A stretch of DNA of 64,000 nt from Methanomassiliicoccales archaeon (lineage in GTDB: Archaea > Thermoplasmatota > Thermoplasmata > RBG-16-68-12 > SOIM01). A model generated the notes under the pieces. The model made no database searches. It worked only from the letters and a program-made list of their open reading frames with translations, and was not told the DNA's origin. Within the stretch, counting starts at the first letter, position 1. Each line of letters opens with the position of its first letter. Below are positions 21,101-29,000 of this stretch, in pieces. The stretch lies in NCBI GenBank assembly GCA_030593885.1, contig JAUVGH010000002.1, forward strand, positions 21,922 through 85,921. The letters run 5' to 3'. The position numbers were made by a program, and so were the translations under genes.

Positions 21101-24100
21101 AGGTAAAGGTGGGCACGCCGGACGAGACCTTGCTACGCAACGTGGCAATCCTGTACTACTCGGATGCCAATGAGAATCCGTACACACCAATTCAGGACAC
21201 AGCTGACGTGACAGTCACAGCGCCTGTCATGGAGTTCTCCAAGACGGCTGATGTCACAACAGCAGATCCAGACGATGAAATCACTTACACGATATCCTAC
21301 GAGAACGTTGGGACCGGAGTCGCCAAGAACGTAAAGATAACCGACACCATACCAGCCGATGTTATCTTCGTGAGCTCGACTCCGAACTACACCAGCGTCA
21401 GTGGGAACACATATACATGGGACATTGGGACTCTTAATCCAGGAGATAGTGGGACCATAACGATAGTGGTGAAGGTCAAGGTGGGAACGCCTGACAAGAC
21501 CCTGCTGAGGAATGTGGCCACACTGGACTACTCGGACGCTAACGAGAACCCGTACGACCAGATGACCGACCACGTGGATGTGACCGTCACAGCGCCTGTC
21601 ATGGAGTTCTCGAAGTCAGCGGACGTTACTACCGCAGACCCTGACGACCCGATCGTGTACACCATAACGTACGAGAACGTCGGGACAGGAGACGCGTCCA
21701 ACGTGAAGATCACAGACACCATACCAGCCGATGTTGTGTTCGTGAGCTCGACCCCGGCCTACACCAGCGTCAGTGGGAACACGTACACGTGGGACATTGG
21801 GACCCTGGCCGCTGGCAGCGGAGGAACAATCACCATCAACGTGAAGGTGAAGGTCGGAACACCTGATGAGACCCTGCTGGAGAACGTGGCGACACTCTAC
21901 TACGCCGACGCGAACGGCAACGACTACACTCCCTTGACAGACAACGCGTTCGTTAAGGTCACAGCACCAGTGATGGAATTCTCCAAGACAGCGGACGTAT
22001 CAACTGCAAACCCAAGCAGTCTGATAACCTACACCATAACCTACAAGAACATTGGAACCGGAGACGCCACGAGTGTCCTGATCAGTGATGAGATACCGGA
22101 GGATGTGGAGTATGTCTCTTCAACGCCCACGTACACCATGAAAGTGAATCTGACATACATCTGGAACATCGGAGACGTTGCCGCGGGAACGGGAGGAAGC
22201 ATCACCTTGGTCGTCAAGGTGAAGGCCTACACACCCGACAAGACGCTGCTCCACAACGTGGCCACCCTTTACTATGAGGATGCGAACGGCAACGGCTACA
22301 CCCCAATCGAAGACCACGCGGACGTCATAGTGACCGCACCTGATATGAGGTTGGTGAAGAGCACAGACGTGACAACTGCAGATCCAGGCGACGAGTTTGT
22401 CTACACGATCCACTACGCGAATGTTGGAACGGGAGTGGCGACACACGTGACAATCGTCGACACCATACCGGCTGACACGACCTTCATATCTTCGACGCCT
22501 GCTCCGGACAGCGTTGTCGGCAACGTGTACACCTGGTACATCGGAACCGTGAATCCAGGCGATTCTGGAGACATCTTCATAACCGTTAGAGTGAACCTCT
22601 TCACACCTGACAAGACACTGCTGCGAAACGTGGTCACGCTGGACTATGACGACGCGAACAGCAACCCATACCCGACGCTGAGAGACAGCGTTGATGTCAA
22701 GGTGACCGCTCCTGTCATGGAGTTCTCCAAGTTCGCAAACGTATCCACTGCTGATCCCGGTGACCTGATAACCTACACTATCACTTACGACAACGTCGGC
22801 ACTGGCAAGGCAACCGAAGTGAAGATCACAGACACTCTGCCTGTGGGGGTGGAGCTGGTCTCCGCCACGCCATGGTACACCTCGGTATCCAACAGGACCT
22901 ACACGTGGGACATCGGCGACCTCGGGCCTGGCGAAGGAGGTACCATAATCATTGTCGTCAAGGTGACGATAGGAACGGCGGACAGGACTTTGCTGCACAA
23001 CTCGGCGACCCTGTACTACGCGGACGCCAACGGAAATGACTACCCACCCATGGAGGACAGCGCGGATGTGACCGTAACAGCACCTGTCATGACCTTCTCC
23101 AAGTCGGCAGATGCCACTACGGCTGATCCAGGCGACCAGATAACCTACACCCTGACCTACAAGAACATCGGCACAGGCTGGGCATCATTGGTTGTGATTG
23201 TGGATACTATTCCTGATGATGTGGTCTTTGTCAGCTCTAGCCCGATGTATGACAGTGTCAGCGGCACTGAGTATACCTGGAATCTGGGCGACGTCGCACC
23301 TGGCACTGGCGGAACCATAACGATCATCGTGAAGGTCAAGGTGGGCACACCAGATGAGACACTCTTGCACAACGAGGCGACTCTGGACTACTCTGATGCC
23401 AATGGGAACTTCATCGAGAGATTGAGCGATTATGCGGACATCACAGTGACCGCGCCCATAGTGCGCATCACCAAGTCGGCTGACGTCTCAGAGGCTGACC
23501 CAGGTGACATGATCATCTACACGATAACCTACGAGAACGTCGGAACGGGCTGGGCAACGCTCGTAGAGATCGTGGACACCATACCTGCAGAAACCACATT
23601 GGTCGCCACCAATCCACGGTACACCAGTATGAGTGGGAATGATTACGTCTGGTCCATTGGCAATCTGGCTCCTGGCGACGGTGGCACCATTGAGATCAAG
23701 GTCATTGTGAATCCTGGTACGCCGGACAAGACCTTGTTGCATAATGTGGTCACTTTGGATTGGGCAGACCGCAACGGGAATTACTATCCGCAGTTGAGCG
23801 ACTACGCAGACGTTATTGTCACAGCACCTGTGATGACCCTTGAGAAGTCCGCGGGAGACACTGAAATTGCCGCATACGTGGTGGCAGACTTCAGGCTGAG
23901 AATCGCCGGAGAAAAGTGGCACGATGTGAGACTCAACCTCTACAGCGGCAACCAGTCAGTGAGATTCGCGTCAATCACACGATATCCGGGCTCTCCCGAC
24001 GACCAATCCGTCACCCTGTATGACGTGAAGATAAATCTCCTTGCCAACTTCACGGCCGTCATCGAATACACACCATCGGACGACCCGATCAACGGCCAAA

Positions 24101-25860
24101 TCTGGGGTGACAATCCCTGCTGGCTCATCCTCACCTTCCCGGATGGGAAGGATATCAGGCTATTCCACAACTTCAATGTGAGGCATAACGAGACTTGGAT
24201 ATGGGTCATCGACGATTGGGCTAAGATCCTAAGGCACGCGCCAATAATCTACGAAGCAACCATTCCATACACGATCAACTACGAGAACATAGGGACGGGC
24301 GACGCCACCGGTGTGGTCGTCACGGACACCCTCCCGGTCGGCAGCGTGATCCTTGATTACAATCCGCTATACGACTCGTGCGTGGACAATGTGTGCACCT
24401 GGAACATCGGTGATGTCGCTTCAGGAGAAAGCGGCACCATAACGATCAACATCAGCTACGTCTTCGATATCGACGGCGAGGAGTTGATCAACGAGGTCAC
24501 ACTGGACTACTCGGATGCAAACGGCAACTTCATTGAGCAACTCTACGCTTCCGCGTCTTCAACCCTCATCAAGCCTGAGCTTTGGAGTTCACCCAAGGAC
24601 TACTATGGCGGCGAGTCAGGACCGATATTCACGTCTGGTACGAACATCCCGCCTGAGGCGGTCATCAGCTCTCCTGTTGATGGTTCCTACCACTATGTCG
24701 AGGATATGATCCTGTTCGATGGATCCGCCAGCTCTGACGATGTGTGGATAATGTCCTACCTTTGGGACTTCGGAGATGGGGGTGTAAGCACTGATGTCAA
24801 TCCACAGCATATGTACGCCATGGCTGGAATATACGCGGTCAGGCTGACCGTTACCGATGACATGGGAGACGTCTCCACCGCCTATGTGCTCCTTATCATC
24901 AGAGAGAAGAGCCTGAGCGCAGTCATCGAGCAACCTACCAAAGAGATTATCGCTGAGGGGACGACCCTAGAATTCTCGGGCAGAGCGGTATACGAAGGTT
25001 ACCAGGATGTGTTCTACTGCACCTGGGACTTCGGAGATGGAGCCATCTCAGAGGGCTGCACAACAACGCATCTCTACGGCAATCAGGGCACGTACACCAT
25101 CACACTGACGGTGTTCGATGTGTTTGGCCATACGTCTTCTGATTCCACGGATATAACCGTGCTCAACGTCAGGCCGCAGGTCAAGGTTGCGAAGAAGATG
25201 CATGGAGCCGAGGGAACCCCGATGTACTTCACCGCAGCTGTGACCGATAAGGGGACGGACGACCTCACTCTGACCTGGGACATGGGAGACGGGACGGTTG
25301 TTGTTGGCAATGACTTCTACTACACCTACCTGGACGATGGGAAGTACGTGGTGAGATTGACAGTGGATGATGGGGACGGTGGAGTTGTGGTCAAGATCAT
25401 CACGGCGACCATACAGAACCTCAATCCGAAGGCATCTTTCGACGGCAACAAGCTCGGACACGTGCACGAACCTGTGTACCTATCGGCCGGCGTTTCGGAC
25501 GCAGGAGCGCAGGACACGTTCTCATTTGTCTGGGACATGGGCGACGGGACGATCATCGAGGGGACTCACGAACCAGTTCACATCTACCATCAGAGCGGCA
25601 TCTACATGGTGACGCTGACTGTGACCGACGAGGACGGTGCGCAGGGAGTCTCAGTTCTGAAGGTGCATGTGATCGAGACACTGGATTCGACGGTGAACCG
25701 CCCAACGTCATGGAAGGACACCGCGACCCCGATGGTAATCACGGCAGACGGGAAGATCGCCGACGACTTCATGCCACTTGCAGCTCTTGTGCTGGTGATC
25801 CTGAGCACGCTCGCACTGGCTGCTGGTACATACGTCTGGTACAACTCAAAGAAAGAGTAA
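12187..25860 (+). CDS. Giant cell-surface protein (4557 aa): signal/TM, N-terminal Asp-rich domain, about 30 tandem DUF11 (conserved repeat domain) units, 4 PKD domains, C-terminal TM anchor
   Basis: Uninterrupted 13.7 kb ORF. SD 'aggtga' sits before the ATG. The ~123-aa unit 'APVMTISKTADVTTADPGDEITYTITYKNTGTGxATNV..DTIP...FVSS.P.Y.S.SGNTYTW.IG...G.SGTITI.VKVK.GTPD.T.L.N..TLDY.DANGNPY' repeats about 30 times. PKD-like 'WDFGDG...TVTD' occurs four times near the C-terminus. Final hydrophobic helix plus 'NSKKE' tail. Confidence 0.9.
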   Translation: MRRGSKVVTALDKIKSTVMVTLLVLGTFVLAVSVPGEEPPDIPGWPNDGDWINYTYRGERIRDWEDKPYENDPTHGIANVQPKAVDIASGVDKSGGNAASNPGNYTSVQYLYDDVDGDSDGCSDIDDDWLFLRQRIAGDPRHGGQYAYKAYHWDILLEVDGDQWSEFVVDLNGGNGYYKFGTVGVYYSDTDDYEYDPDNDWVWLQPATGKKNLFTNARLIDYDDDDDDNDQWWIEYKVPITAFTDRDDNQLLCADTDFLLFFSTSASATNPLQKDWMGEFVFGEPANITVVKTVEEDIVKPGDTLHYKIYYNNTGEFNAGNVWINDTIPDYTTFKESNPNYNSSSGQTYRWHFTDVEPGNHTIYLNVTVDTDVPDGEVLRNVAVLNYTDTDDNELPGSEDETENPVAGPFLKMAKEVDVATADPGDVLHYEIIMQNTGGGGAYNVTVNDTIPEHTTFDSSYPDYDSVDGRTYTFIIDKIAGKTNFTIFLNVTVDAYTDDGTVLVNYATADYRDANGNVYERLYDWANVTVTAPIMDVTKIADVTTADPGDEITYTLTYDNTGTGQASDVVIEDTIPEHTTFVSSTPNYDEVDGRTYTWNIGLVDGGDSGTIAITVKVDAGTANGTILTNDVTLDYDDANGNPYPQETDSVDVTVIAPILTLSKTASVAEANPGDTITYSINYENTGSGKATNVYVNDTIPNEVTFVTSSPAYTSKSGNTYIWAIGDVCAGCSGIITIQVTVNAAVPDETVMRNTVTLDYSDANGNPYAQLSDYVDVTVTAPIMTITKVADVGTADPGDEITYTLTYENTGTGDAGGVIVKDTIPTDTIFVSSNPAYSSKTGNTYTWNVGTVTAGSSGTITIVVKVKAGIADETVLLNTAVLYYEDVNGNPYPTKEDTAEVTVTSPIMTVSKTADVTTADPGDEINYTLSYDNTGTGNAKNVKIIDTLPSDVTFVTSYPAYSSASGNVYTWNVGDVCAGCGGEIYVIVEVNAGVADGSVLRNYVKMEYTDNNGNSLPDETDYVDVTVTAPVMTITKTADVTTADPDDQVVYTLFYENTGTGDATNVVVKDTIPSEVDFVSSTPTYDSQSGNVYTWNVGDVGAGENGTITITVKVKAYTPDKTVITNYVTLDYDDANGNPIPQESDSVDVTITAPVMTISKTADVSEADPGDEITYTITYTNSGTGLATDVVVTDTIPADTTFVSSTPTYDSQSGNTYTWNVGDVSAGSSGIITVVVKVKAGTPDETVLTNTVTLDYDDANGNPQAQQNDSVDVTVTAPIMTVSKVADVATADPSDQITYTIEYKNTGSGDATNVKVVDTIPADTTAVSATPMWDSSSGDDFTWNIGSVSARGSGTITFVVKVDVGTPDGTLLRNWATLSYADANGNGLPDEKDYADVTVTAPIMTISKIADVSTADPSDIITYTLTYENNGNGEATNVWVNDTIPADTDFVSSTPGYTSMSGNTYTWFIASVAANSDGTITVKVKVKVGTPDGTVLRNTVTLDYGDANGNPQGQESDYVDVLVTAPIFSFSKTADVVEADPGDWINYTLYYKNTGTGDATNVYINDTIPSDTTLESTSPAYTSSSGDTYIWNLGTVTAGEEGNIIITVTVDAFTPDGTLLRNTATLDYSDASGNPYPQMDDYADVTVTGPEMTIRKVADVTTADPGDDITYTITYKNNGAGTATDVVVEDTIPADTVFVSSTPTYDSQSGNTYTWLIGDVCGGCDGTIEIVVRVKAGTPDKTVLTNTVTLNYDDANGNPQSEENDSVNVVVTAPVMTISKVADVTTADPDDEITYTITYKNTGTGEATNIYINDTIPPDTTYVSSNPTYTSASGDTYTWFIASLGAGQSGTIELVVKVDVGVPDKTLLRNQVTLDYADANENPLPRQSDKADVTVTAPVFTFSKKADVSTADPGDEIVYTIEYENTGTGEATDVYVNDTIPDDVDFVSSNPAYTSVSGNTYTWFMASVAAGTGGTITIVVEVKAGIPDETLLRNTATLDYSDANGNPYPQMKDCADVRVTAPIMTITKTADVSTADPDDEITYTLAYENKGTGEATDVYINDTIPADVDWVSSNPGYTSVSGLTYTWFFASLGAGTSGTITIVVKVKVGTPDGTILTNDVTLDYSDANGNPLPQESDSVNVKVTAPIVTIAKTADVSTADPGDEITYTIYYKNTGTGEATDLYINDTIPTDTEYVSSSPVYDEVNGLTYTWKIASLAAGADGTITLVVKVKVGTPDETLLRNRVTLDYSDANGNPYPQKDDTEDVVVTAPVMAINKVANVATADPGDFVNYTISYENSGTGIATNVWINDTIPADTTFKESTPNYDSVSGDTYTWFFSTVAAKSSGEIHIKVQVDAGTDDGTILRNTVTMDYADANENPYTQLSDYVDVLVTAPVLNLTKSADVSTADPSDTITYTVEFENSGTGNATDVYVNDTIPTDVEFVSSNPVYLSKSGNTYTWYWAVVAANTTVTITIVVKVKTYTPDETVLHNIATLDYADANGNPYPTEMAWADVTVTAPILEITKTADVTTADPGDEITYTIYYKNTGTGEATDVYINDTIPDDVDFVSSSPNYTSVSGKTYTWFFSSLGAGVDGTITITVEVKVGTPDETLLRNLGTLDFSDANGNPYPRLRDYADVDVTAPVMEFSKTADVATADPDDEITYTLTYKNIGTGVATNVKITDTIPGDVVFVSSTPNYTSVSGNTYTWDIGTLNPGDSGTITIVVRVEVGTPDETLLRNFATLDYSDANENPYEQMKDYADVDVTAPVMEFSKTADVTTADPDDEITYTITYKNTGTGVATNVKITDTIPGDVVFISSTPNYTSVSGNTYTWDIGTLNPGDSGTITIVVKVKVGTPDETLLRNVAILYYSDANENPYTPIEDHADVDVTAPVMRFSKTADVTTADPDDEITYTITYENVGTGDAANVKVTDTIPADVTFVSSTPTYTSVSGNTYTWDIGTVTAGSSGTITITVKVKVGTPDETLLRNVAILYYSDANENPYTPIQDTADVTVTAPVMEFSKTADVTTADPDDEITYTISYENVGTGVAKNVKITDTIPADVIFVSSTPNYTSVSGNTYTWDIGTLNPGDSGTITIVVKVKVGTPDKTLLRNVATLDYSDANENPYDQMTDHVDVTVTAPVMEFSKSADVTTADPDDPIVYTITYENVGTGDASNVKITDTIPADVVFVSSTPAYTSVSGNTYTWDIGTLAAGSGGTITINVKVKVGTPDETLLENVATLYYADANGNDYTPLTDNAFVKVTAPVMEFSKTADVSTANPSSLITYTITYKNIGTGDATSVLISDEIPEDVEYVSSTPTYTMKVNLTYIWNIGDVAAGTGGSITLVVKVKAYTPDKTLLHNVATLYYEDANGNGYTPIEDHADVIVTAPDMRLVKSTDVTTADPGDEFVYTIHYANVGTGVATHVTIVDTIPADTTFISSTPAPDSVVGNVYTWYIGTVNPGDSGDIFITVRVNLFTPDKTLLRNVVTLDYDDANSNPYPTLRDSVDVKVTAPVMEFSKFANVSTADPGDLITYTITYDNVGTGKATEVKITDTLPVGVELVSATPWYTSVSNRTYTWDIGDLGPGEGGTIIIVVKVTIGTADRTLLHNSATLYYADANGNDYPPMEDSADVTVTAPVMTFSKSADATTADPGDQITYTLTYKNIGTGWASLVVIVDTIPDDVVFVSSSPMYDSVSGTEYTWNLGDVAPGTGGTITIIVKVKVGTPDETLLHNEATLDYSDANGNFIERLSDYADITVTAPIVRITKSADVSEADPGDMIIYTITYENVGTGWATLVEIVDTIPAETTLVATNPRYTSMSGNDYVWSIGNLAPGDGGTIEIKVIVNPGTPDKTLLHNVVTLDWADRNGNYYPQLSDYADVIVTAPVMTLEKSAGDTEIAAYVVADFRLRIAGEKWHDVRLNLYSGNQSVRFASITRYPGSPDDQSVTLYDVKINLLANFTAVIEYTPSDDPINGQIWGDNPCWLILTFPDGKDIRLFHNFNVRHNETWIWVIDDWAKILRHAPIIYEATIPYTINYENIGTGDATGVVVTDTLPVGSVILDYNPLYDSCVDNVCTWNIGDVASGESGTITINISYVFDIDGEELINEVTLDYSDANGNFIEQLYASASSTLIKPELWSSPKDYYGGESGPIFTSGTNIPPEAVISSPVDGSYHYVEDMILFDGSASSDDVWIMSYLWDFGDGGVSTDVNPQHMYAMAGIYAVRLTVTDDMGDVSTAYVLLIIREKSLSAVIEQPTKEIIAEGTTLEFSGRAVYEGYQDVFYCTWDFGDGAISEGCTTTHLYGNQGTYTITLTVFDVFGHTSSDSTDITVLNVRPQVKVAKKMHGAEGTPMYFTAAVTDKGTDDLTLTWDMGDGTVVVGNDFYYTYLDDGKYVVRLTVDDGDGGVVVKIITATIQNLNPKASFDGNKLGHVHEPVYLSAGVSDAGAQDTFSFVWDMGDGTIIEGTHEPVHIYHQSGIYMVTLTVTDEDGAQGVSVLKVHVIETLDSTVNRPTSWKDTATPMVITADGKIADDFMPLAALVLVILSTLALAAGTYVWYNSKKE
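13047..24560 (+). repeat. Tandem array of about 30 in-frame ~369-bp coding repeats (DUF11 units) inside the giant gene. Central copies (about 20050-21600) are near-identical at the nucleotide level.
   Basis: Recurrent nucleotide strings (e.g. 'gatccagatgatgagataacctacac', 'ggcaatacgtacacctgggacat') and near-identical successive protein units. Confidence 0.85.
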
Positions 25861-25868
25861 TCGACTCT

Positions 25869-25895
25869 CCAACAACCAACCCTTTTCCCTTTTTT
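25869..25895 (+). terminator. Oligo-T tract (cccttttcccttttttcat) immediately 3' of the giant gene; archaeal-type terminator
   Basis: Pyrimidine/T-rich run within 35 nt of the stop codon. Confidence 0.35.
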
Positions 25896-26018
25896 CATAT
25901 GCACAGCGGGAGCCAGCGTCCTTTCCCTGAATCTTCGCCGTACGAAGCCTGTTTATAGAAAATTACCAATAATACGATATCAATAGATGGATTGACACTG
26001 GGGTAACAGTGCTGGTGG

Positions 26019-29000
26019 TTGATGTTGGGCAGAAATAGGGGAGCAACTAGGATTCTAGCTATAGCCATAGTCCTCATTCTGCCGGTCCTTGGGGTCATGG
26101 ATCTGAGCAGGAGCAATCTGTGGACTCTCGAGGAGACCTTCGAAAGCACATTCGATCTGATGTATGCAGCGATGGGATTCACGTGGACCACCCAGACGAT
26201 CGATACGAGGGGGAGCATGGGGCCGTACACGTCCTTGGAGCTTGATTCCAACGAGCTGCCCCACATCAGTTATTACGATGAGACCAACGGTGACCTGAGA
26301 TATGTTGATCGATTTGGCAGTGGATGGTTGATAACCATAGTAGACAGCGCCGGAGATGTCGGGTTGTACACGTCCCTGGCATTGGACCAGTTCGACCGTC
26401 CCCACATCAGCTACTACAAGAAGAGCACAGGGGACCTGAAATATGCCTACCACGACGGGAACGCCTTCCAGATCACCACCGTGGACCATCTCAGGAACAC
26501 TGGATTGTTCACATCCATGGTGCTGGATTCCAGCGACACGCCATACATCAGCTACTACGAGAAGGACCTGGGGGCGCTGAAGTTCGCAGTTCTTAATGGG
26601 ACCGATTGGGAAACATACTATCTAGACGACGTGGGAGATGTGGGCCTCTACACCTCAATCGCTCTGGACCCGGATGAGAATCCCAGTATCAGCTATTACG
26701 ACAAGACCCGTGGTGATCTGAAGCTCATAAGGTTCAACGGCACCGCTTGGCAAACTCCGAGAATCATAGATGCCGGCGGTGACGTCGGATTGTATGCCTC
26801 ACTGGCAATAGGCAACAACGGGGTACCGCACATAAGTTACTTCGACAAGACCAAAGGTGACCTGAAGTTCGCCGTTGCCCAGCAATGGTTCATGGACATC
26901 AAGACGATCTCCTCTGCTGGCGTCAGGGGGATGTACACATCCTTGGTCCTGGGTTCCGACGGTCTGGCCCACATAAGCTACTACGATAAGACGAACGGGG
27001 ACCTGAGGTACGCATTTGGAATGGGCTTCGACTGGCAGGATATGGACGTTCACATGGACGGGGACACCGGCCTCTACACTTCCATAGAGGTCAATTCAGA
27101 GAACCGTCCTCTCATCAGCTACGTCGGGCCGTCCTTCGAAGGGTCCGCCGACCCGGCTGTGGGCGTGGACTGCGATAGGGGTGACAGCTGTTCTTACGTT
27201 CACATGGTCTGGGTGGAGACATATCAGACCTCTAGGAACGCCTACCAGCGAGTATACTACCAGAGGAGCGATGACAAGGGGAAGACCTGGGACATGGATA
27301 TTCGTCCAATCTCGGGTGAATGGAGACATTTCGCCAGTTTTCCCAATATGCTGATGTCCGGCCCGCCTGTGATTTCGGTCATCGGGAAGACAATCCATGT
27401 CATCTGGGCCCATGAGTTCACAGTAGGGTTCGCCAGCAGGGGCGGGATATTCTACCAGCGCAGCGATGACAACGGGGACACCTGGCTTCCCAGCGAGGTT
27501 CGAGTCGATGATGTCCCCTCTTCTGCTCCATCCCCAGCGCTCCCTGAGTCCGTTTCCATGTACGCCGACGAGGACTACATCAACGTGGTCTGGATGTCCG
27601 ACCTGAAGATCTATAGCACGCGTTCACTTGTGAGCGAGGCCCGCACTTCAAGTGGATGGGTCACGGAGTTCGGGAAACACAGTTCTGTGGTCGCTGACGT
27701 GAGCGGAAGAACCTTCATAGCCTCGTTCGACGAGAGCAGAGGGGATCTTCTGATATCTGCATCCGGAGGTTTCGGAGAGTTCGATACCGAGGTAATCGAC
27801 TGGACGGGGATCGTGGGCCAGCACACGTCAATCGCCCTGGGACCCGGCACCTATCCCTACCCCAGCATTGCGTATTACGATGAAACAAATGGAGACTTGA
27901 GATTCGCAGAGTGGAACGGGTCACATTGGCTGATCAGCACTGTGGACTCGGTCGACGACGTGGGACATTACGCTTCTTTGAAGATTGATTCCAATGCGCT
28001 TGCCCATATTGCATATTACGATCTAACGAAGGGAGAGCTCAGATACGCCAGATGGGACGGGATGTCATGGCTTCTGGATATCGTGGACGACTTCGGGGAC
28101 GTCGGGCAGTACGCATCGTTGGACCTGGATCGAGATGATCTTCCATCCATCAGCTATTACAATGCCACCGGAAAGGAACTGAAGTTCACCAGCTGGAACG
28201 GCACCGCCTGGAACAATGAGATGGTGGACGATTCCGCAGACGTCGGCAAGTACTCCTCTCTTGCGGTGGATTCGGAACATCATCCTCACATCAGCTATTA
28301 TGATGAGACCAACAAGCATGTCAAGTACGCGTTCCACAACGGGACGGCCTGGGAGATCGAGCTCGCAGATGGTACGGACCTGGTGGGAGAATACACATCC
28401 ATCGCGTTGGAATCTGGGAATGTTCCGTTCATTAGCTATTATGACATGGGGAACACAAACCTCAAGCTGACTCGCAAATCACCATCTGGCTGGATGTCCG
28501 AGGTCCTGGACGATGATGGGAACGTCGGCAAGTACACATCGGTAGCCACAGACATGTTCAATGAAGTTTACATCAGCTATTATGACGAGACCAACCAGAG
28601 ACTCAAGTTGTACAGCACCAGCCTCGGATGGCGCCGACAGGCAGTGCAAAGGGACGAGATGATCTCATATCCGCTCTACGGCGAGGCCAGGGATAAGTAC
28701 CGGACCGCGTCCACACCAGACATTGATGGTGATGAAGGAAGGGTGCATGTGGTCTATTCTGAGAGCATATCGCCGAAAGGGGACCTCAAGTTCGCTCAAT
28801 GGAACGGGACCCAGTGGAGGACCGAGACCATCGATGAAGAGGGAATGGTGGGGATGGACACCAGCTTGGTCGTCGATTCTTTCGACCGACCCCACATCTG
28901 TTACTTCGACCAGTCCAATACCCGACTGAAATACACCCACTGGACCGGTACCGAATGGCAGATAGAGGTGGTGGACGATGGCATTGATGTGGGACGGGAA

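Noticed and set aside
21133-23922. Minus-strand ORFs of 146-292 aa (e.g. 22120..22998) inside the giant gene
   Set aside because: They are Cys/His/Arg-rich low-complexity translations of the antisense of a repetitive, coding GC-rich region. They have no start context.
13047-24560. Highly regular ~369-bp tandem repeats that could be mistaken for a CRISPR or satellite array
   Set aside because: The repeats are in frame within one continuous 13.7 kb ORF and encode DUF11 protein units. There is no spacer-repeat structure.
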